Source of the DNA: Phycisphaeraceae bacterium
GTDB lineage: Bacteria > Planctomycetota > Phycisphaerae > Phycisphaerales > Phycisphaeraceae
Direction of reading: 5' to 3'
DNA length: 64,000 nt
Assembly: GCA_963674705.1 (NCBI GenBank)
Contig: OY771506.1
Coordinates: forward strand, 4,384,001 to 4,448,000
The position numbers and the translations under genes are program-made. This document shows positions 1 through 10,562 of the stretch, in pieces (position 1 is the stretch's first letter; the number at the start of each line of letters is the position of its first letter). The notes below the pieces were generated by a model that had not been told where the DNA came from, ran no database searches, and worked only from the letters and a program-made list of their open reading frames with translations.

Positions 1-71
1 CGCCCCTTCGCTGCGCTCAGGACCGGCGTTGGTGTGTGTTGGACCTTGCTAATTGAAGCGAGGTTGTTGCG

Positions 72-1682
72 CTATCTGGTTGGCGCATCCTTGACTTTCT
101 TGCCCCATAGTGATCGGCCTTCGGGGGTGAGGCCGGTGTAGATGAGGGTGGGTTTGCGTGGGTCAGCTTCCCAGTCGAGTTCTTTTTCGACGTAGAGTTT
201 CTGGCCGGCGATGGTCAGGACTTTTTCTTTCTCGTCGTAGGACCACTTGCCGGTCAGTGCGCCGGTAGCGGTTTTGTTTTCGTGCAGGATGAGTTGGGTT
301 GATTCTCTCTGCTTGCGGAACTCGTGGTCGAGCAGGATATTTTCCCATGTGCCGACGAAGTCGTTTTCGGTGATGTTGCCTTGGGGCATGTTGGTGTAGC
401 GCTGGGGCATGACAACGGGCCAGCCGTCATCGGTCCAGCGGATCTTGCGGACGTGGCCCATCATGATGGCGTTGGAGTATTGGTTGCCGTTGACGTTGTG
501 CGGGAGCCTGCCTTGTGAGCAGTAGAACCATTCGCCGGTGTCGGGGCTCTGGACGATGCAGCAGTGTGAGATGCCGACCCAGCCGGGGTGGTTGTTGAAC
601 TTGTAGGGGTGCGTGAGGATGGGCCAGCACTCATCGCCTTGGGTGATGTTACCGCCGTCGATGCCGAGGTATGGGCCGGTGATATTTTTTGACCGGCAGA
701 CGCGCGTGTTGTAAGCAACGGATAGTTCGTCGTAGGCTAAAAACAGGTAGTAGTAGCCTGTCTTTTCGTTGTACATGATCTCGGGCGCTTCCATGCCCTG
801 CCAGCGGTTGTTCGGGTTGCCGAGGAACCGAGCGGCGATACGCGTGCCGTAGTCATTGATGGATTTGAGCGGCTTGGCGGGTTTGCCTGTGTCGGGGTTG
901 AGTTTGAGCGCGACGATGCCGGAGTGCCACGAGCCGTAGATCAGGTAGTGTTCGCCTTGGGGGGTGACGATGTAGGTGGGATCGATAGCGTTATAGCGGA
1001 AGTAACCGCTCCAATCGGATCGACGGTTCTGTCGTGACCAATCCTTGCCGCGGTCGGACACGGAGCAGGTGACCATGCCTTTGTCTTCCCACTGATTGCT
1101 TGCCAGGTCGTCGGTCTCCATCATGCCGATGAAGGCGCGTTCGGTCCAGGAGTTGTCGAAGTTTTCGGCTGTGTTTGGTTTGCCGGTCTGGATGTAGTTA
1201 TCAATGATGATGCTGTAGTAGAGGCGGTACTTGTCCCCCACTTTGCGTGCGACTGGCGCCCAGTAGCCGTAGCGTGGCTCGGTGATCGGTTCGAGGCCTT
1301 CTTCAGCGCGCAACTTGTTGAGCGTGGGCAGGACCCAGTCGGGGGTATCTTCCATGAGCATGCCCATGAAGTCCCAGTGGACGAGGTCTTTGGACCGGCG
1401 GTACGGGAAGTGGCCGTGGCCCATGTGCGCGTTGCCGTAGGAGGCGTCGGTCCAGTACATGTAGTAATACTGGCCGTCGTAGACGATGGTCGGGTCGTGG
1501 ACGTTGGCGAGGTTCCATTGATCGCGGTGCTCCCAATCGGCGATAGGCGAGTAGTCGTCGACCTGCACCGGGGGTGTGTAGGTTGTCTGATCATCCGTAG
1601 TGGCATGCGTCGCGTCCTGAGCGCAGGCTTGTTGCAGAGAGCACGACAGCAAAACAGCGAAAAACCACAGGCATCTGAACAT
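72..1682 (-). CDS. Secreted GH43 endo-1,5-alpha-L-arabinanase with C-terminal beta domain
   Basis: NVHDPT (general base), YWAP, NAIDPT and MEAPEI motifs of GH43 arabinanases; signal peptide MFRCLWFFAVLL...ACA. Start moved to ATG 1682 because GGAGG lies 6 nt upstream. Confidence 0.9.
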   Translation of the reverse strand: MFRCLWFFAVLLSCSLQQACAQDATHATTDDQTTYTPPVQVDDYSPIADWEHRDQWNLANVHDPTIVYDGQYYYMYWTDASYGNAHMGHGHFPYRRSKDLVHWDFMGMLMEDTPDWVLPTLNKLRAEEGLEPITEPRYGYWAPVARKVGDKYRLYYSIIIDNYIQTGKPNTAENFDNSWTERAFIGMMETDDLASNQWEDKGMVTCSVSDRGKDWSRQNRRSDWSGYFRYNAIDPTYIVTPQGEHYLIYGSWHSGIVALKLNPDTGKPAKPLKSINDYGTRIAARFLGNPNNRWQGMEAPEIMYNEKTGYYYLFLAYDELSVAYNTRVCRSKNITGPYLGIDGGNITQGDECWPILTHPYKFNNHPGWVGISHCCIVQSPDTGEWFYCSQGRLPHNVNGNQYSNAIMMGHVRKIRWTDDGWPVVMPQRYTNMPQGNITENDFVGTWENILLDHEFRKQRESTQLILHENKTATGALTGKWSYDEKEKVLTIAGQKLYVEKELDWEADPRKPTLIYTGLTPEGRSLWGKKVKDAPTR

Positions 1683-1768
1683 GATCAACCTCCAAGTTGG
1701 CATGAACCGAGCAAAAACGCAGGTCGCATACGGATAATTATAAGCATCATTTACCACAATCCAGCCGG

Positions 1769-1784
1769 TTTGTCACGTGATAAA
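1769..1784. promoter_or_regulatory. Candidate operator palindrome upstream of the arabinanase
   Basis: TTTGTCACGTGATAAA is a 16-bp palindrome with one mismatched pair, about 90 nt upstream of the start codon. Confidence 0.3.
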
Positions 1785-1846
1785 TGCTAATCCGTGAGTT
1801 TGCGGATTACTGTCGAGAGGTTGTTTGAAGGCCAAGTCTATCTGGA

Positions 1847-2974
1847 TCACACATCGCCCATGCAGACGCCGGTGAGTCTTGCGGTGTTTACCCATGGGTG
1901 ATCGGCCGGGACGAGTTTGCGGTTGCCTGCCACATCACACAAGGGAACTGGTACCGCCTGGTCCCCTTTCGCTGCGATCATCACGCCGTACTTCTCGCGA
2001 TCCAGACAGTTGGCGGCTTCGACGCCGATGCGTGTAGCGAGCAGGCGGTCGGCAGCGGAGGGTGTGCCGCCGCGTTGCAGGTGGCCGAGGATGGTCAACC
2101 GAGCTTCCAGGCCGGTCATGCGTTCGAGTTCGCGCGTCAGGTGAAGCGTGTGGTCGCCTCGTTTCAGGTCGAGTTCGTAGAGCTTGTCCTTGATGTTGGC
2201 TTTTTCGGCCTTGTTCTTGGCTTCGCTCTTTTGCTTGCGCAACTCGGCAAAGGCGCGCTCTTCTTCAACCGACATCGCGCCCTCGGCGACGGCGACGATT
2301 GAGAAGCGTTTGCCGCTCTTGGTGCGACGACGGATCGCGTGAGCGACTTTGTCCAGGCTGTACGGGATCTCGGGGATGAGAATGACGTCCGCCCCGCCGG
2401 CGATCCCCGCGCCAAGCGCAAGCCAGCCGGCCCGGTGGCCCATGATCTCGACGACGATGATGCGGTTGTGGCTGGTCGCTGTTGAGTGCAACTTATCGAT
2501 CGCGTCGGTAGCGATGCCCAGCGCGGTATCGAAGCCGAACGTGACATCGGTGATGCCCACATCGTTGTCGATGGTCTTAGGCAGTGTGATGATGTTGAGC
2601 CCGGCGTCCATCAGGAGCTTGGCGTTTTTCTGCGTGCCCCCGCCGCCGAGGCAGACCAGCGCGTCGAGGTGATGGCGCTTATAGGTTTCAACCATGACGC
2701 CGGTCATGTCCATGACCTTGTCGCCGACGGGCATCTTGTTGGGTTTGTCACGACTGGTGCCGAGGATGGTGCCGCCGCGTGTGAGGATGTTGGAAAGCAG
2801 GTCGTCTTCGAGGCGGATGATGCGATCCTGCATGAGACCGCGGAAGCCGTCACGGAATCCGATAAGGCTCATGCCATAGGTCCCGATAGCGGGTTTACCG
2901 ACGGCGCGGATAGCGGCGTTGAGCCCGGGGCAGTCTCCACCGGAGGTCAGGATTCCGATATTACGTTTGGGCAT
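1847..2974 (-). CDS. pfkA: 6-phosphofructokinase (PfkA family, Gly/Lys atypical ATP-dependent or mixed-substrate type)
   Basis: [36 protein letters not shown] and LGHLQRGG motifs. Start ATG 2974 with GGAG RBS. Confidence 0.93.
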   Translation of the reverse strand: MPKRNIGILTSGGDCPGLNAAIRAVGKPAIGTYGMSLIGFRDGFRGLMQDRIIRLEDDLLSNILTRGGTILGTSRDKPNKMPVGDKVMDMTGVMVETYKRHHLDALVCLGGGGTQKNAKLLMDAGLNIITLPKTIDNDVGITDVTFGFDTALGIATDAIDKLHSTATSHNRIIVVEIMGHRAGWLALGAGIAGGADVILIPEIPYSLDKVAHAIRRRTKSGKRFSIVAVAEGAMSVEEERAFAELRKQKSEAKNKAEKANIKDKLYELDLKRGDHTLHLTRELERMTGLEARLTILGHLQRGGTPSAADRLLATRIGVEAANCLDREKYGVMIAAKGDQAVPVPLCDVAGNRKLVPADHPWVNTARLTGVCMGDV

Positions 2975-3289
2975 ATAGGTCACTCCAGTGGCACGTTGTA
3001 CCGTGCGGCGGGTGGATCGTCCAGATAACACGAACGTATGGTTATCGCTGAAACATCAATAAGCACTAGCGTATCCGTAGATTAACCTGGTATCTCATAA
3101 TTCATGCAAAGACAGTTGCTTGAATTGATGTATTGTGCGGCGACCTAATCAGTACAAGGGGATACACCGATACCAGTATTGATGCTACTCGCTTTTTCGT
3201 GGTATCCAGGTATCAGTTTACTTCAGAAGAATCGGTCCGAGTTGGATAACTGATCGGCTAGACGTAAGGATTAAACCCCGGACAGACAC

Positions 3290-5293
3290 ATGGCTGAGAC
3301 ACAAACAAGTCATCCGGATCATGCCGAGATCAACTTCGCTCGTGGTAAGAGACGTATCTTGATCATCGATGACAATCATGCGATTCACGATGACTTTCGC
3401 AAGATCTTGAACCACGACAGCGCTGATGAGGAAGTGCTTGCAGCGGAGCAGGCATTGTTCGGTGAATCCACGTCCCGTGCGCAGACCGTCGTGGAATACA
3501 GCCTGGATTCGGCGTATCAGGGGGAAGAGGGTCTGGAAAAGGTCACGACAGCGATGCAAGACGGTACGCCGTATGCCATGGCGTTCGTCGACATGCGCAT
3601 GCCTCCGGGTTGGGATGGGCTTGAAACCATCGCGCGTATCTTCGAGGCCGACCAGGATATACAGGTCGTGATCTGCACGGCGTACTCCGACTATTCGTGG
3701 AACCAGATCGTAGACAGGCTGGGCACGAGCGATCGGCTGCTGATCCTCAAGAAGCCGTTTGACTGTGCGGAAGTTCGTCAGCTTGCGGCGGCATTGACGG
3801 AGAAGTGGCGTCTCGGTCGCAAAGCTGCGTTTAAGATGCAGCAGCTGGAAAGCGCGATCCAGGAACGGATGGAAGAGTTGAGCAATTCCAACGAGAAACT
3901 CCGTCTGGAGATTGCACAGCGCGAAGAGGCAGAAGACAAACTACGGCACCATGCGCTTCATGATGCATTGACGGAGCTTCCGAACCGGGTGCTGCTGATG
4001 GATCGCCTGGGACGTTGTTGCGAACGGTCTCGGCGTGAGCCGGATTATCACTATGCCGTCTTGTACATGGATATCGATAACTTCAAGCTGGTGAACGACA
4101 GCCTCGGGCACCCGTACGGCGACAAGCTGCTTGTTGAGGTGGCCAAGCGTCTGAACGCTTGCATCCGTGCGATGGACACCAACTCCCGACCGACGGCCAA
4201 TACAACGGCGCGTCTGGGTGGCGATGAGTTTGTCATCCTGCTGGACACGATCCGTGAGGTAAAAGATGCGGTACGGGTGGCGCAGCGTATCCAGTTAACG
4301 CTGAAAGAGCCTTTCTTTATCGACGGTCACGAGGTGGTGTCCTCCGGCAGCATCGGGATCGCGGTGGGCCTCGAAAGCAATTACACCTGCTCGGATGATA
4401 TCCTTCGCGACGCGGATACGGCGTTATACGAAGCGAAGCGAGACAACAAAGGCACCTTCAAGGTATTCGATTCTCACATGCGATCACGTTTGATCAGACG
4501 ACATGAGATCGAAACAGATCTACATAAGGCGCTTGAACGTAACGAACTGGATGTCGCGTATCAGCCTATCGTCAGCCTGATCGACGGCAGGCTCAAGGGA
4601 TTCGAGGCGCTATTACGCTGGCGACATCCTGATAACCGCAACGTTCCCCCGGACCTGTTCGTCCCGATCGCTGAAGAAACGGGCCAGATCGTCCAGATCG
4701 GTGAGTGGGTGCTGCGTCAGGCATGCCGGCAGATGAGCCAGTGGCACAAAAAAAACGAACAACATCGCAACCTGAGCATCAGCGTCAATATTTCACCCCG
4801 TCAGATCCAGCAACCTGACTTCATCGCCATGCTGGATGGTGTCCTGGCTGAATCGGAGCTGGATTCCAGCAGGCTGAATCTGGAACTGACCGAAGGTGTC
4901 TTGATGAACCAGGACAAATCGACGATGGCGTTGTTCAGCCATTGTGAAGCACGGAAGATCAACCTGCATATGGATGACTTCGGGACGGGCTACTCATCCT
5001 TGAGTTATCTGCACAACTTGCCGGTGGACACGATCAAGCTGGATCGCAGTTTTGTGCAGAACCTGGACCTGAGCGGTGAGTACACCGCCACGGTACAGGC
5101 GATGGTTGTGCTGGCGAACAACCGCGGGATCAGCATTATCGCCGAAGGGATTGAGACATCCAATCAGCTGGTGCAATTGCAGGCACTTGATTGTGAATTC
5201 GGTCAGGGCTTCTACTTCGCCAAACCGATGGCGCCCGAACTTGCTGGCAACCTGCTCGCTCAAGATGTTGTTGGGTTCAAGTGTGCTGGCTGA
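3290..5293 (+). CDS. Response regulator receiver - GGDEF - EAL protein (diguanylate cyclase/phosphodiesterase)
   Basis: ILIIDD...FVDMRMP...KPFD receiver; HDALTELPNR and intact GGDEF; FEALLRW and DDFGTGYSS EAL motifs. Confidence 0.93.
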   Translation: MAETQTSHPDHAEINFARGKRRILIIDDNHAIHDDFRKILNHDSADEEVLAAEQALFGESTSRAQTVVEYSLDSAYQGEEGLEKVTTAMQDGTPYAMAFVDMRMPPGWDGLETIARIFEADQDIQVVICTAYSDYSWNQIVDRLGTSDRLLILKKPFDCAEVRQLAAALTEKWRLGRKAAFKMQQLESAIQERMEELSNSNEKLRLEIAQREEAEDKLRHHALHDALTELPNRVLLMDRLGRCCERSRREPDYHYAVLYMDIDNFKLVNDSLGHPYGDKLLVEVAKRLNACIRAMDTNSRPTANTTARLGGDEFVILLDTIREVKDAVRVAQRIQLTLKEPFFIDGHEVVSSGSIGIAVGLESNYTCSDDILRDADTALYEAKRDNKGTFKVFDSHMRSRLIRRHEIETDLHKALERNELDVAYQPIVSLIDGRLKGFEALLRWRHPDNRNVPPDLFVPIAEETGQIVQIGEWVLRQACRQMSQWHKKNEQHRNLSISVNISPRQIQQPDFIAMLDGVLAESELDSSRLNLELTEGVLMNQDKSTMALFSHCEARKINLHMDDFGTGYSSLSYLHNLPVDTIKLDRSFVQNLDLSGEYTATVQAMVVLANNRGISIIAEGIETSNQLVQLQALDCEFGQGFYFAKPMAPELAGNLLAQDVVGFKCAG

Positions 5294-5534
5294 AATACAC
5301 GGCAAATGCAGGCTAACTTGCCGACTGATATCAGCCTCTCTCGCGAGCGATTCAACGCCGTATAAGAACAGTACGCTTAAGTATTAATAAAGACATGTCG
5401 AAGTTAGTAATGCGGTAGCTGTTGGGGAAAGTACTCGCTTGATGTGCCTTGCCTGTTTTGTGGCAAGCCGAAGTGTGGGTTGTATCAGGCTTGTACCTGG
5501 ATAACGTAAACCTACCAATTCGAGGCCACGAGAG

Positions 5535-7619
5535 ATGTCACAATGCAACCCATTCGCACGGGAACAAGGGCGCCCGCGGTCTGCGTTTAATCATTGTTTC
5601 TTAAGTCTATTGGCAGCGCTATTACCCATAGGTATGGCGCAGGCCGACACGACTACAGTAGAGGACGAAGAACCAACCACCGCGGTCGACACAACAGACC
5701 TGGAACAGATGTTCGATCTGGACATCGAACAACTGATGCAGATGGATGTGACTTCGGTGGCTGGCGTGGCTCAGCCGTGGTTCCAGACACCGGCGGCGAT
5801 GTATGTCTTGACGAGTGAAGACATCCGCCGTGCCGGGCACACAAGCATCCCCGAAGCGTTGCGGATGGTGCCGGGTATGTTCGTGGCAAAGAACAGTTCC
5901 TGGTTGTGGAGCATATCCGCACGGGGATTTAACGGTTCGTTCGCCAACAAGCTCCAAGTCCTGGTTGATGGACGCGAAATATATGATCCGCTTTTTTCAG
6001 GCACACTTTGGGAGATTCATGACATCATCTTTGATGACCTGGACCGGATCGAGGTGATACGCGGCCCCGGCGCAACGCTCTGGGGTGCCAACGCGGTGAA
6101 TGGTGTGATTAATATCACGAGCAAGAGCGCCAAAGACACGCAGGGCTGGTACCTGAGCGGGATGGCCGGCAATTATGAGAAAGGCGCCGGTGAGTTGCGC
6201 TACGGAGGGCAGCTATCGGATACAAGCTGGTTCCGTGTCTGGGGCACCTATCATGACCGTGCCGCCTTCGATTTACCCGAGGGTGCACAAGCAAGTGACG
6301 ACTGGGATATGGCACGTGCTGGCTTCCGTGTAGATTCAGAGCTTGAAGATGCGGAAGGCGATACAAATCTCACTGTTCAGGGCAATATGCAACACTCTGA
6401 CCGGCTGGGAGATGATTTTAGTGCTCCAGTCCCAGGGCACTTGACGACTACAACATATAGCACTGATTCACGGTCGGAAGGTTTCAACCTGCAGTTTAAT
6501 CTGAATCAGGCGTTTCAAAACGGGAACGGTTGGCAATTCAAAGGTTCTTTCACACATAACACACATACCGGGTTCGGCGGGTTCCAACTTGATGAAGATA
6601 TTGCGGACCTTGACTTTCAGCATCACTTCGCGTTTGAAGACGTGCATAAACTGATCTGGGGCGTGAATGGCCGGTACATCAGCTACGAAACTGAGGCGGG
6701 GCCGACGCTGTCATATACCCCCAGTGACAAAGATACCGGTCGTGTCTCTTCTTTCATACAAGATACGTTGACGTTGGTTGACGATCAGCTATTTCTGATG
6801 GCTGGCTCGAAGTTCGAGTATAACGATTACACGGGTTTTGAATATCAACCCAGTGCGCGGTTGTGGTGGACACCTGATGATCAGCATACGATCTGGACAA
6901 GTTTTTCCCGGGCGGTACGTGTAACGGGCCCGACAGATCAGGATCTGTTGCTGAATACAGCATATGTTGACACGGGTTTGGCTGCGGGGGGACCCGCAAG
7001 CGGGGTGTTTGTCCCACTATATCATGTCGGGAATCCAAATCTGGGACCAGAGGTTTTATTTTCCTATGAGGCAGGCTATCGAGAGCGTCTCCGTGATAAT
7101 CTGACGCTGGACATCGCGGGTTTTTATAACGAATATGAAGACCTGGTCACCGCGCCGCCAGGTGGATTATCCGGGGTGTATCGTTCCACCGGACATGCCA
7201 CGCATTACGGCGTCGAGACTGTAATCGATTGGCTCGTTACACCGTGTTGGCGTCTTACCGCCAGCCACAGTTTCCTGTACATGCGGTGGAGCGATGATCT
7301 CTATTTTAATAATTCACCCACACCGAAGAACCAGTTTCAGGTCAGGTCCGAGTTGGATATCACGGATGATCTGGAATTCAATGCGGCGTTGTACTACTAC
7401 GACAAACAGGAAGTCATAGGGCCGGTGCCGACGAGCATCGATGCGTTCGCGCGGCTGGATATGGGTATCACCTGGCGGCCGACGCATAACCTTGAATTGT
7501 CGTTCTGGGGTCAGAACCTACTTGACTCGATACACAGCGAGGCGCCTGCCTCGCTGGGCACGACGTCTCTCGGAGAGGTGCCAATGAGTTTTTATGGGAA
7601 GCTAACCTATCGCTTCTAA
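5535..7619 (+). CDS. TonB-dependent receptor
   Basis: Signal peptide, plug motifs (ALRMVPG, ISARGF, DRIEVIRGPGATLWGANAVNGVINI), amphipathic beta strands, GQNLLD and C-terminal YRF. Confidence 0.92.
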   Translation: MSQCNPFAREQGRPRSAFNHCFLSLLAALLPIGMAQADTTTVEDEEPTTAVDTTDLEQMFDLDIEQLMQMDVTSVAGVAQPWFQTPAAMYVLTSEDIRRAGHTSIPEALRMVPGMFVAKNSSWLWSISARGFNGSFANKLQVLVDGREIYDPLFSGTLWEIHDIIFDDLDRIEVIRGPGATLWGANAVNGVINITSKSAKDTQGWYLSGMAGNYEKGAGELRYGGQLSDTSWFRVWGTYHDRAAFDLPEGAQASDDWDMARAGFRVDSELEDAEGDTNLTVQGNMQHSDRLGDDFSAPVPGHLTTTTYSTDSRSEGFNLQFNLNQAFQNGNGWQFKGSFTHNTHTGFGGFQLDEDIADLDFQHHFAFEDVHKLIWGVNGRYISYETEAGPTLSYTPSDKDTGRVSSFIQDTLTLVDDQLFLMAGSKFEYNDYTGFEYQPSARLWWTPDDQHTIWTSFSRAVRVTGPTDQDLLLNTAYVDTGLAAGGPASGVFVPLYHVGNPNLGPEVLFSYEAGYRERLRDNLTLDIAGFYNEYEDLVTAPPGGLSGVYRSTGHATHYGVETVIDWLVTPCWRLTASHSFLYMRWSDDLYFNNSPTPKNQFQVRSELDITDDLEFNAALYYYDKQEVIGPVPTSIDAFARLDMGITWRPTHNLELSFWGQNLLDSIHSEAPASLGTTSLGEVPMSFYGKLTYRF

Positions 7620-7644
7620 GCGAAGTGAATAAACAACCAGTTTT

Positions 7645-8490
7645 ATGTTCATGCATACCAAGACATCCAGATCGCTTAACTGCAAGGCCGAGGCGGCGAG
7701 TGCCGTCACGTCGGCGGGCTGGTGTCGTGGGCATATGGATCATGCAACAACTTCCGCGTTTATCCGGCATGCAATCCTGTTGATTTTATGCTCTCTGGTG
7801 TTCCTGCTTTCGCTGCTTCTGAGCACAAACACCGCCTGTGGATCAGATGTCGACAAGGACAAACTCATCAAGCTGAAAGCTGCATATGTATTCAACCTGT
7901 TGAAGTTCACGCACTGGTCTGAAGACAAGTTCGATGATGATAAATCGCCTGTGAAGGTGATATTTGTCGGCAACTCCCCGGTAGCAAAGGTCTTTAAGAA
8001 GGCTGTTGAGGATCGAACCGTACAAGGCCGAGTTATTGAAACCTCCGTGCTGCCCTTCCCACCACCGGGATATGACGACATCGAGCGGACCGACGATGAA
8101 AAACAGGCGTTATTGAACAGATTCCATCATCAACTGCACACATCGCACATGGTGTATATCAGCGACGGCCTGGCCGGAGACTGGCCTATGTTGCGAGAGT
8201 TGACCAGCGAGTGCCAGACGTTACTGGTAAGCGACATCAATCGCTTTGCAGAAGATGGTGGGATGGTCGGTTTATCTCTGGATGAAAATAATCGGCTTGG
8301 CTTTGTTGTGAATCAGGATACGCTCGAGCAGCGGGGTCTGAGGTTAGGCTCGTCCTTGATGAAGCTCGCCAAGGTCGTGAAGCGCTCGCAATCCATGCTG
8401 GATGAGTCAGGTACCTGGTTGTGTGTATGGATGCTCAGTTCTGAACATCCATACATTCCCTCTGAATCAGTGAGGGAGACGGGCACATGA
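7645..8490 (+). CDS. YfiR-family periplasmic regulator
   Basis: LKAAYVFNLLKFTHW and FAEDGGMVGL...FVVN...GLRLGSSLMKLAKVV are typical YfiR/DUF4154 motifs. The start may be ATG 7735. The stop overlaps the next start (ATGA). Confidence 0.85.
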   Translation: MFMHTKTSRSLNCKAEAASAVTSAGWCRGHMDHATTSAFIRHAILLILCSLVFLLSLLLSTNTACGSDVDKDKLIKLKAAYVFNLLKFTHWSEDKFDDDKSPVKVIFVGNSPVAKVFKKAVEDRTVQGRVIETSVLPFPPPGYDDIERTDDEKQALLNRFHHQLHTSHMVYISDGLAGDWPMLRELTSECQTLLVSDINRFAEDGGMVGLSLDENNRLGFVVNQDTLEQRGLRLGSSLMKLAKVVKRSQSMLDESGTWLCVWMLSSEHPYIPSESVRETGT

Positions 8491-10562
8491 CCAAGCTACC
8501 CGGGCTGAGCTTCCGCACCAAGCTGATGGTGTTGTTGACGTTAACCAGCGTGCTGACGATCGTGCTGGCGGCATCAGCGACAACAATCTTCGACTACTTC
8601 TGGAGCAAAGACGAAGCGGTCAATTCCGTGCAGACCCTGGCACAGGTGACCGCGTCAAACAGCGCCGCGGCGATCGTGTTCAACGATCCTGAAGCGGCGA
8701 CGGACATCCTTAGCGCGCTGGAAGCGGTGCCCGGGATCATCACTGCGCGTATCTATGACATGGAAGGCAATGTGTTTGCCACCTACGGACAGGAACACGA
8801 TCACTTCGACCTGACAAGCGGTGATGTGGAGACGGCCTATTCATTTGATGAGGAAGGTTACCTGGAGCTATCACATGTGATCATGCTGGATAACGAGCGG
8901 ATCGGTGTGATCAATCTGCATTATGACATGCAGCTTGTGCAAGAAAGATTATTCAGCGAGATCTTTGTTATCGGGTTTTGTGCGATTTTAGCCATCATGG
9001 TGGCGATGTTACTTGCGATGAAGCTGCAAAGCACACTGATCCGGCCGATCCTGGAACTCGAAAAAACCGCAAGAGAAGTTTCCCAGACACAGGATTACGC
9101 GCTTCGGGCAACCCAATACAGCAATGACGAACTGGGCACGTTGACGGATAAGTTCAACGAGATGCTCAGCCAGGTCCAGGCGCGTGATGATGAGCTGGCC
9201 AAGTCACAGGATCGTCTGGAAGAGCAGGTCATCCAACGAACCAAGGAACTGGAGGCAGCTAAGGGACAGGCCGAGGCCGCGGCGGCATCGCTGGCGCTCA
9301 GTGAGGATCGGATCCGGTCCATCCTCAGGCAAGCGCCCGACGGGATCGTCACGTTTGACTCAAAGGGCATCATCAGTCTTTCCAATCCGGCTGCGCAACG
9401 GATATTCAACTGCACACAGGATGACTTCCAACTAATCAACATCAACGACTTGCTGGCGGATGCGTATTACATCAATGAAGAAGGCATGATCCTGTCTCTG
9501 AATAATGCCGAGGGAAACCGGAACCTGGGCAGCTATGCAGAGATAATGGGCAACCGGCGGGATGGATCGACGGTTCCGATCCGGCTGGCGATCAGCCCAT
9601 CGAAGTTAAGCGGCGCGGATATGTTCACCGCCAGTATCCGTGATATTACCGATCAGAAGCAGGCTGAGCAGGAGAAGGAAGACCTGAACCGTCAGCTCAT
9701 GGAAGAGTCACGCCGCAGCGGTATGGCGGAGATAGCGACGGGTGTGCTGCACAACGTGGGAAACGTGCTTAACAGCGTCAACGTTTCGGTGAACCTGATC
9801 AACGACCGCTTGAACAAGTCCAAGGTCCAGAGCCTGTTGAAGGCGGCACAGATGGTGCGAAACCATCTGGACGACCTGCCACAATTCATCCAGAACGACG
9901 AGCATGGCAAGCACCTGCCAGACTTCATCGTGCAGGTGGCGGAGCATCTGGATAGTGAACACAAGGACCTGGCTGAAGAAATCAAGAATCTGTTTGACCG
10001 GACGCTGCACGTCCAGGAAATCATCAGCACACAGCAGTCATACGCCTCGGCAGGTGGTATTGTTGAGAACATCTCACTGAACGATGTGGTTCAGGATGCT
10101 TTGCGGATTAATGAGGCAGGATTGAAGCGCCACCATGTTCATCTCACGCTTGAATGTGCAGACCAACTTAAACTGTCGGTCGATAAGCACAAGCTGCTTC
10201 AGATCCTGGTAAACCTGATCAGCAATGCGAAGTACGCGGCAGATCGCAGCAAACCGGAGTGTCGTGTGGTCATCCGTGCACATGAGTCTGGTGCTCACAG
10301 CGAGTTTGCCGTGATCGAAGTAGCCGACAACGGCGTTGGTATCTCGCCGGAGAATTTGTTACGGATATTCAACCACGGGTTTACAACACGCCAAGACGGG
10401 CACGGCTTCGGCCTGCATAATGCAGCACTATCGGCACACGAACTGGGTGGCACGCTTCACGCTCATAGCGATGGGCCGGGCAAGGGAGCCACATTCACAC
10501 TCAAGATCCCGATCAAACACAAGAGTCAGAGCGAGGAGGCCGAGTATGAGCATACCATGTGA
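8487..10562 (+). CDS. Membrane sensor histidine kinase (periplasmic CHASE-like domain, HAMP, PAS, HisKA, HATPase)
   Basis: Two TM helices around a YfiN-like periplasmic segment (AAAIVFND..AA..IL); HAMP DELGTL; PAS; H-box GVLHNVGNVLN; NLISNA, DNGVGI, FTT and GHGFGL boxes. Confidence 0.9.
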   Translation: MTKLPGLSFRTKLMVLLTLTSVLTIVLAASATTIFDYFWSKDEAVNSVQTLAQVTASNSAAAIVFNDPEAATDILSALEAVPGIITARIYDMEGNVFATYGQEHDHFDLTSGDVETAYSFDEEGYLELSHVIMLDNERIGVINLHYDMQLVQERLFSEIFVIGFCAILAIMVAMLLAMKLQSTLIRPILELEKTAREVSQTQDYALRATQYSNDELGTLTDKFNEMLSQVQARDDELAKSQDRLEEQVIQRTKELEAAKGQAEAAAASLALSEDRIRSILRQAPDGIVTFDSKGIISLSNPAAQRIFNCTQDDFQLININDLLADAYYINEEGMILSLNNAEGNRNLGSYAEIMGNRRDGSTVPIRLAISPSKLSGADMFTASIRDITDQKQAEQEKEDLNRQLMEESRRSGMAEIATGVLHNVGNVLNSVNVSVNLINDRLNKSKVQSLLKAAQMVRNHLDDLPQFIQNDEHGKHLPDFIVQVAEHLDSEHKDLAEEIKNLFDRTLHVQEIISTQQSYASAGGIVENISLNDVVQDALRINEAGLKRHHVHLTLECADQLKLSVDKHKLLQILVNLISNAKYAADRSKPECRVVIRAHESGAHSEFAVIEVADNGVGISPENLLRIFNHGFTTRQDGHGFGLHNAALSAHELGGTLHAHSDGPGKGATFTLKIPIKHKSQSEEAEYEHTM

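Noticed and set aside
3203..5503. TATCCAGGTA (3203) and its reverse complement (5494) upstream of the GGDEF-EAL and TBDR genes
   Set aside because: Only 10 bp and in opposite orientations; cannot be distinguished from chance.
10336..10545. N-terminal extension of the second kinase ORF
   Set aside because: Overlaps the HATPase of the upstream gene by more than 200 nt; a strong RBS supports ATG 10546.
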